This document shows, piece after piece, positions 63,113-64,000 of a stretch of DNA of 64,000 nucleotides (the first letter of the stretch is position 1; the number at the start of each line of letters is the position of its first letter). The translations under genes were made by a program, and so were the position numbers. Under the pieces are notes generated by a model that saw nothing but the letters and a program-made list of their open reading frames with translations, was not told the DNA's origin and did not search any database. Origin of the DNA: Ranitomeya imitator (Eukaryota). The stretch is from assembly GCF_032444005.1 (NCBI RefSeq), contig NC_091285.1, positions 39,618,001 through 39,682,000 on the forward strand, in the 5' to 3' direction.

Positions 63113-64000
63113 TTACACTTTGGTCGGCCCTTGAGTTGCTCCGGTCTTGTTCACTCTCACACCTTGGTCAGCCGATGTGTACTTTGCACATATCGCTAAT
63201 GTTGTTAAATTGTAGTAATCCTAACTGTCATTTCCAGGAGACCAAGACGTTATGTTTTAAACTTGGGAAAAACACAAAAATAAATGTGTTTCACACTCTG
63301 CTGTACCTGCTTTTTTTTTCACTAACAACGCAGTTAAACCTGATACCTGCGTTTGTGCACTTACTTATTGCTTTCTATGGTTGAAAAATTGCTGCAAAAA
63401 CGCTGAAAGAAGTGACTTTCTGCAGTGTCATAATCAGAGTTTTCGGGAACCTGGGATACAGGAGTTTTTTTTTGCCTGGGTCCATATACTCTGAGGATAC
63501 GGGCGACACGGTGATATTGGGGATCACTGGAGCAAAGCAAAGCTGGACTACACGCCACCACTATCAGCAGCATGAGACGCTCAGGAGTGGGCACTGACAG
63601 AAGGGGCCCCTGTACACGGACAGTATATGGGCCCTTTGCAGTACATAATGCACAATTCCACCTGCCTTGAGGTGGACGTGGTCCCCTAACCTCCTGGAAC
63701 CTCTTGGACCCCCGTCGGATGCATAGGTTTATATATGACCCCTGAAGAAGCTCATGATTGTCTCGGTCACCGGAGACTTTCGCTTTTATTTTCCAAGTGA
63801 TTTGCTTTAAATTTTTCACTTTGCTCATCAGCCATTTACTAATATTGTAATATATATCTAATAGTACATCACTAATATGCATTTTATAATTATTAACGGG
63901 GTCTTCCAGTTCTTAATAATGAAGGACTATCCTTCAGGCCCCCCCCATAAACATTAGAGGAAAGTTGTGTGAATCCATCATTTTCAGCCTATTTGTAACA

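Noticed and set aside
61773-64000. CD74 exon 2 (transmembrane segment)
   Set aside because: No acceptor followed by a suitable hydrophobic frame was found. The 173-aa minus-strand ORF at 63361-63882 has no recognisable homology.

Overview
Vertebrate genomic DNA, most likely a frog (inferred from the Xenopus-like CD74 N-terminus and the repeat content). Three genes lie on the + strand: the last two coding exons of NDST1 (2683-4091), a complete RPS14 (non-coding exon 1 near 26520-26553 plus four coding exons 28407-31638 that splice to 151 aa), and the promoter and first coding exon of a probable CD74 (61693-61772). Most of the rest is transposon-derived. Tc1/mariner elements include three DD38E (Intruder-type) copies, several DD34E copies (one fully intact) and one DD41D (Visitor/rosa-type) copy. 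There is a minisatellite-filled Helitron, and two inverted ~5 kb non-coding TTAA/piggyBac-type elements that carry telomere-like repeats and a ~390-bp satellite. hAT, Harbinger and T2 MITEs, V-SINEs, L2 fragments and LTRs are also present. The most notable observations are the telomere/satellite cargo elements, a 3-kb minisatellite traceable to a Tc1 terminal repeat, an LTR derivative with two identical inverted ends and a 6-bp TSD, a four-element nested stack, a motif module shared by unrelated TE superfamilies, and a recognisable X-Y/kB/EICE CD74 promoter. Coordinates were read by eye, and repeat boundaries may be off by a few to tens of bases.
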